From: Ptychomitrium polyphyllum
Lineage: Eukaryota
DNA length: 64,000 nt
Assembly: GCA_973851085.1 (NCBI GenBank)
Contig: OZ316775.1
Span: forward strand, 13,826,001-13,890,000
Direction of reading: 5' to 3'
Shown piece by piece: positions 62,442-64,000 of the stretch (its first letter is position 1; each line of letters begins with the position of its first letter). The notes below the pieces were generated by a model. The model made no database searches. It was not told the origin of the DNA and saw only the letters and a program-made list of their open reading frames with translations. Position numbers and translations under genes: made by a program.

Positions 62442-64000
62442 ATGCTCACAAACTGGACACCGTCGTTACATTGTGGAGCCATTGACCTAAGTACTCAACT
62501 GTGCACCGAATTCTTTGGGAACCGTCGCATTCAACGCCATCAAAGCAACCATGGCGAGGGTAACAACACGACGATGGACATCAAAAGGAGTTCAGTCCTA
62601 GCATCGCACATCTCTGGAAGTAGGAAAAGCCGCGCTTCGTTAGCGTATGTGAGGAGCTTGAGCATGAAGGGGCTCAAGGCAGGATCACGACATTCAACAA
62701 ACGATCCGGTGAGCAGATCGGTGATAGATGCAATTGTTGAAAGGATGCACGTGATTCCTTACTCGGATCTTGTACTGCGGCGCAAATTGGACGGTGGACA
62801 CTCCTTGATCGAAGCAATCGAAAGTGGATCTGAAAGTGAGTACTGCTGGGAAGACGCTTGGAAGCTGTACATGCAAAGCCAAACAGCCACTTTGAAAGAA
62901 CTCGCTGCACGTATGCAAGAATGCAACCCTCAGATTGACAGCACCGTCGCTTGTTCTGAATCACCAGTTGTAGCACCTCTTCCGGTGAGTTTTCTTGCAA
63001 TTTGATATGATTCCGTCGATGCAGGCCTTTGCAACGCACTTTGATTTGTAGAACCAAGATCGATACATTAGGGTGAAAATTAGGGTGTCATCAGTCCACA
63101 ATCATGTACTTAAATTTTCTTAAAGTTGACTTCGATATTTGATTCTGTATAGATATTGAGCTGAGATGCTAAAAACTGTTGTGATCTTTCACCAGAAATA
63201 CTTCGACTCTTTGGATCATGCGGTTGGGGAGAGTGCTTCGACGCCCATTGACGGAATTCAATGTGGGGACACACACAAGAAGGAACCTAGTTTCTTATCG
63301 AATTTACGAGCAAAGAAATTGGGAAGTAGGAGGACTTGTGGCTTGATGTTGCTCAACGTACTTGCGGCCCTTTATGGATCGAGCACTGTTGCCGGGAAGT
63401 TTGCGACGGACATAGCACCTGGGCTGCCAGCCAGCCTCAGCTCCTTAGTCAGATTTTCATCCGCACTCCTAGTCTTCCTGCCCGCGTTGCGTAATGTCTT
63501 AGGTCGAAGTCAAAACGCAGCGCTTCTGAAAGCAGGAGCTGAGCTTGGCGGATTGTTGTTTGCTGCAGCGGTTCTTGAAACTTGCGGAGATGGCGGGGCT
63601 TCCAGTGATGCACCGCTTCTTTTCGCTTTCACAGTAAGTACTCTGCACCCAACCAGGGAGTCACGACATAGTTGATGAACATTTTTAATCAGCCATAGCC
63701 AATCACATTCGGTGTGTGCAATATCAAGTTTGCAACTAAATAAACGATCTAATTCTTAATAGCTCTCTGGAACTGGCAGGTGATCTTTGTTCCCATCATG
63801 GAGCTGTGCGCAGGCCGACAGTCTGTTCGCAACTTCACACGAATTGCGTCACTCGTAGCACTTTCAGGTACAACTAAAGCCTAAATTTGTCTAGTTTTAT
63901 GCTTTGTCAAAAACGTCTTGCAAAAATTGGAGCTTATTGGATCTCATGCATGGTTGTCGAAATTTGCAGGAATGGGAGTGTTGGAGGAGGAAGGCCTTGG
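62442..64000 (+). CDS. EamA/DMT-superfamily membrane transporter with a long N-terminal extension (3' end beyond the window)
   Basis: Exons 62442-62984, 63196-63633, 63780-63867 and ~63970-64000+. GLMLLNVLAALYGSS...SLVRFSSALLVFLPAL...AGAELG...FAFTVIFVPIME is typical of the first EamA repeat. The start codon is uncertain. Confidence 0.75.

Overview
Eukaryotic nuclear DNA from a non-seed plant, most likely a moss. This is inferred from gene content, intron style and chromovirus-type retrotransposons; the species cannot be fixed from the sequence. Five protein-coding genes can be reconstructed, all on the + strand: (1) an 18-exon TPR-RING-LON_N (LONRF-like) E3 ligase, 5184-10343; (2) a 13-exon, ~1948-aa Gln-rich protein of the plant 'dentin sialophosphoprotein-like'/SYS (SWI/SNF-associated) family, 18298-28727; (3) an intronless, membrane-anchored AAA+ ATPase of a type typical of fungi, a horizontal-transfer candidate, 31863-34208; (4) 40S ribosomal protein SA, 55279-56762; (5) an EamA/DMT transporter cut by the window end. 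The rest is mostly retrotransposon: solo LTRs with target-site duplications (TSDs) and a ~17-kb multi-layer Ty3/gypsy nest (37.9-54.7 kb). The nest includes an element with Gag-PR-INT-chromodomain but no RT/RNase H, and LTRs carrying heat-shock-element arrays. The most notable structure is that the first ~480 bp are an apparently perfect inverted copy of 15.9-16.4 kb, and a ~13-kb domain that is GC-rich even in its introns starts at that point and covers the SYS-like gene. This suggests a large head-to-head gene palindrome homogenised by GC-biased gene conversion, with the left arm running off the window.
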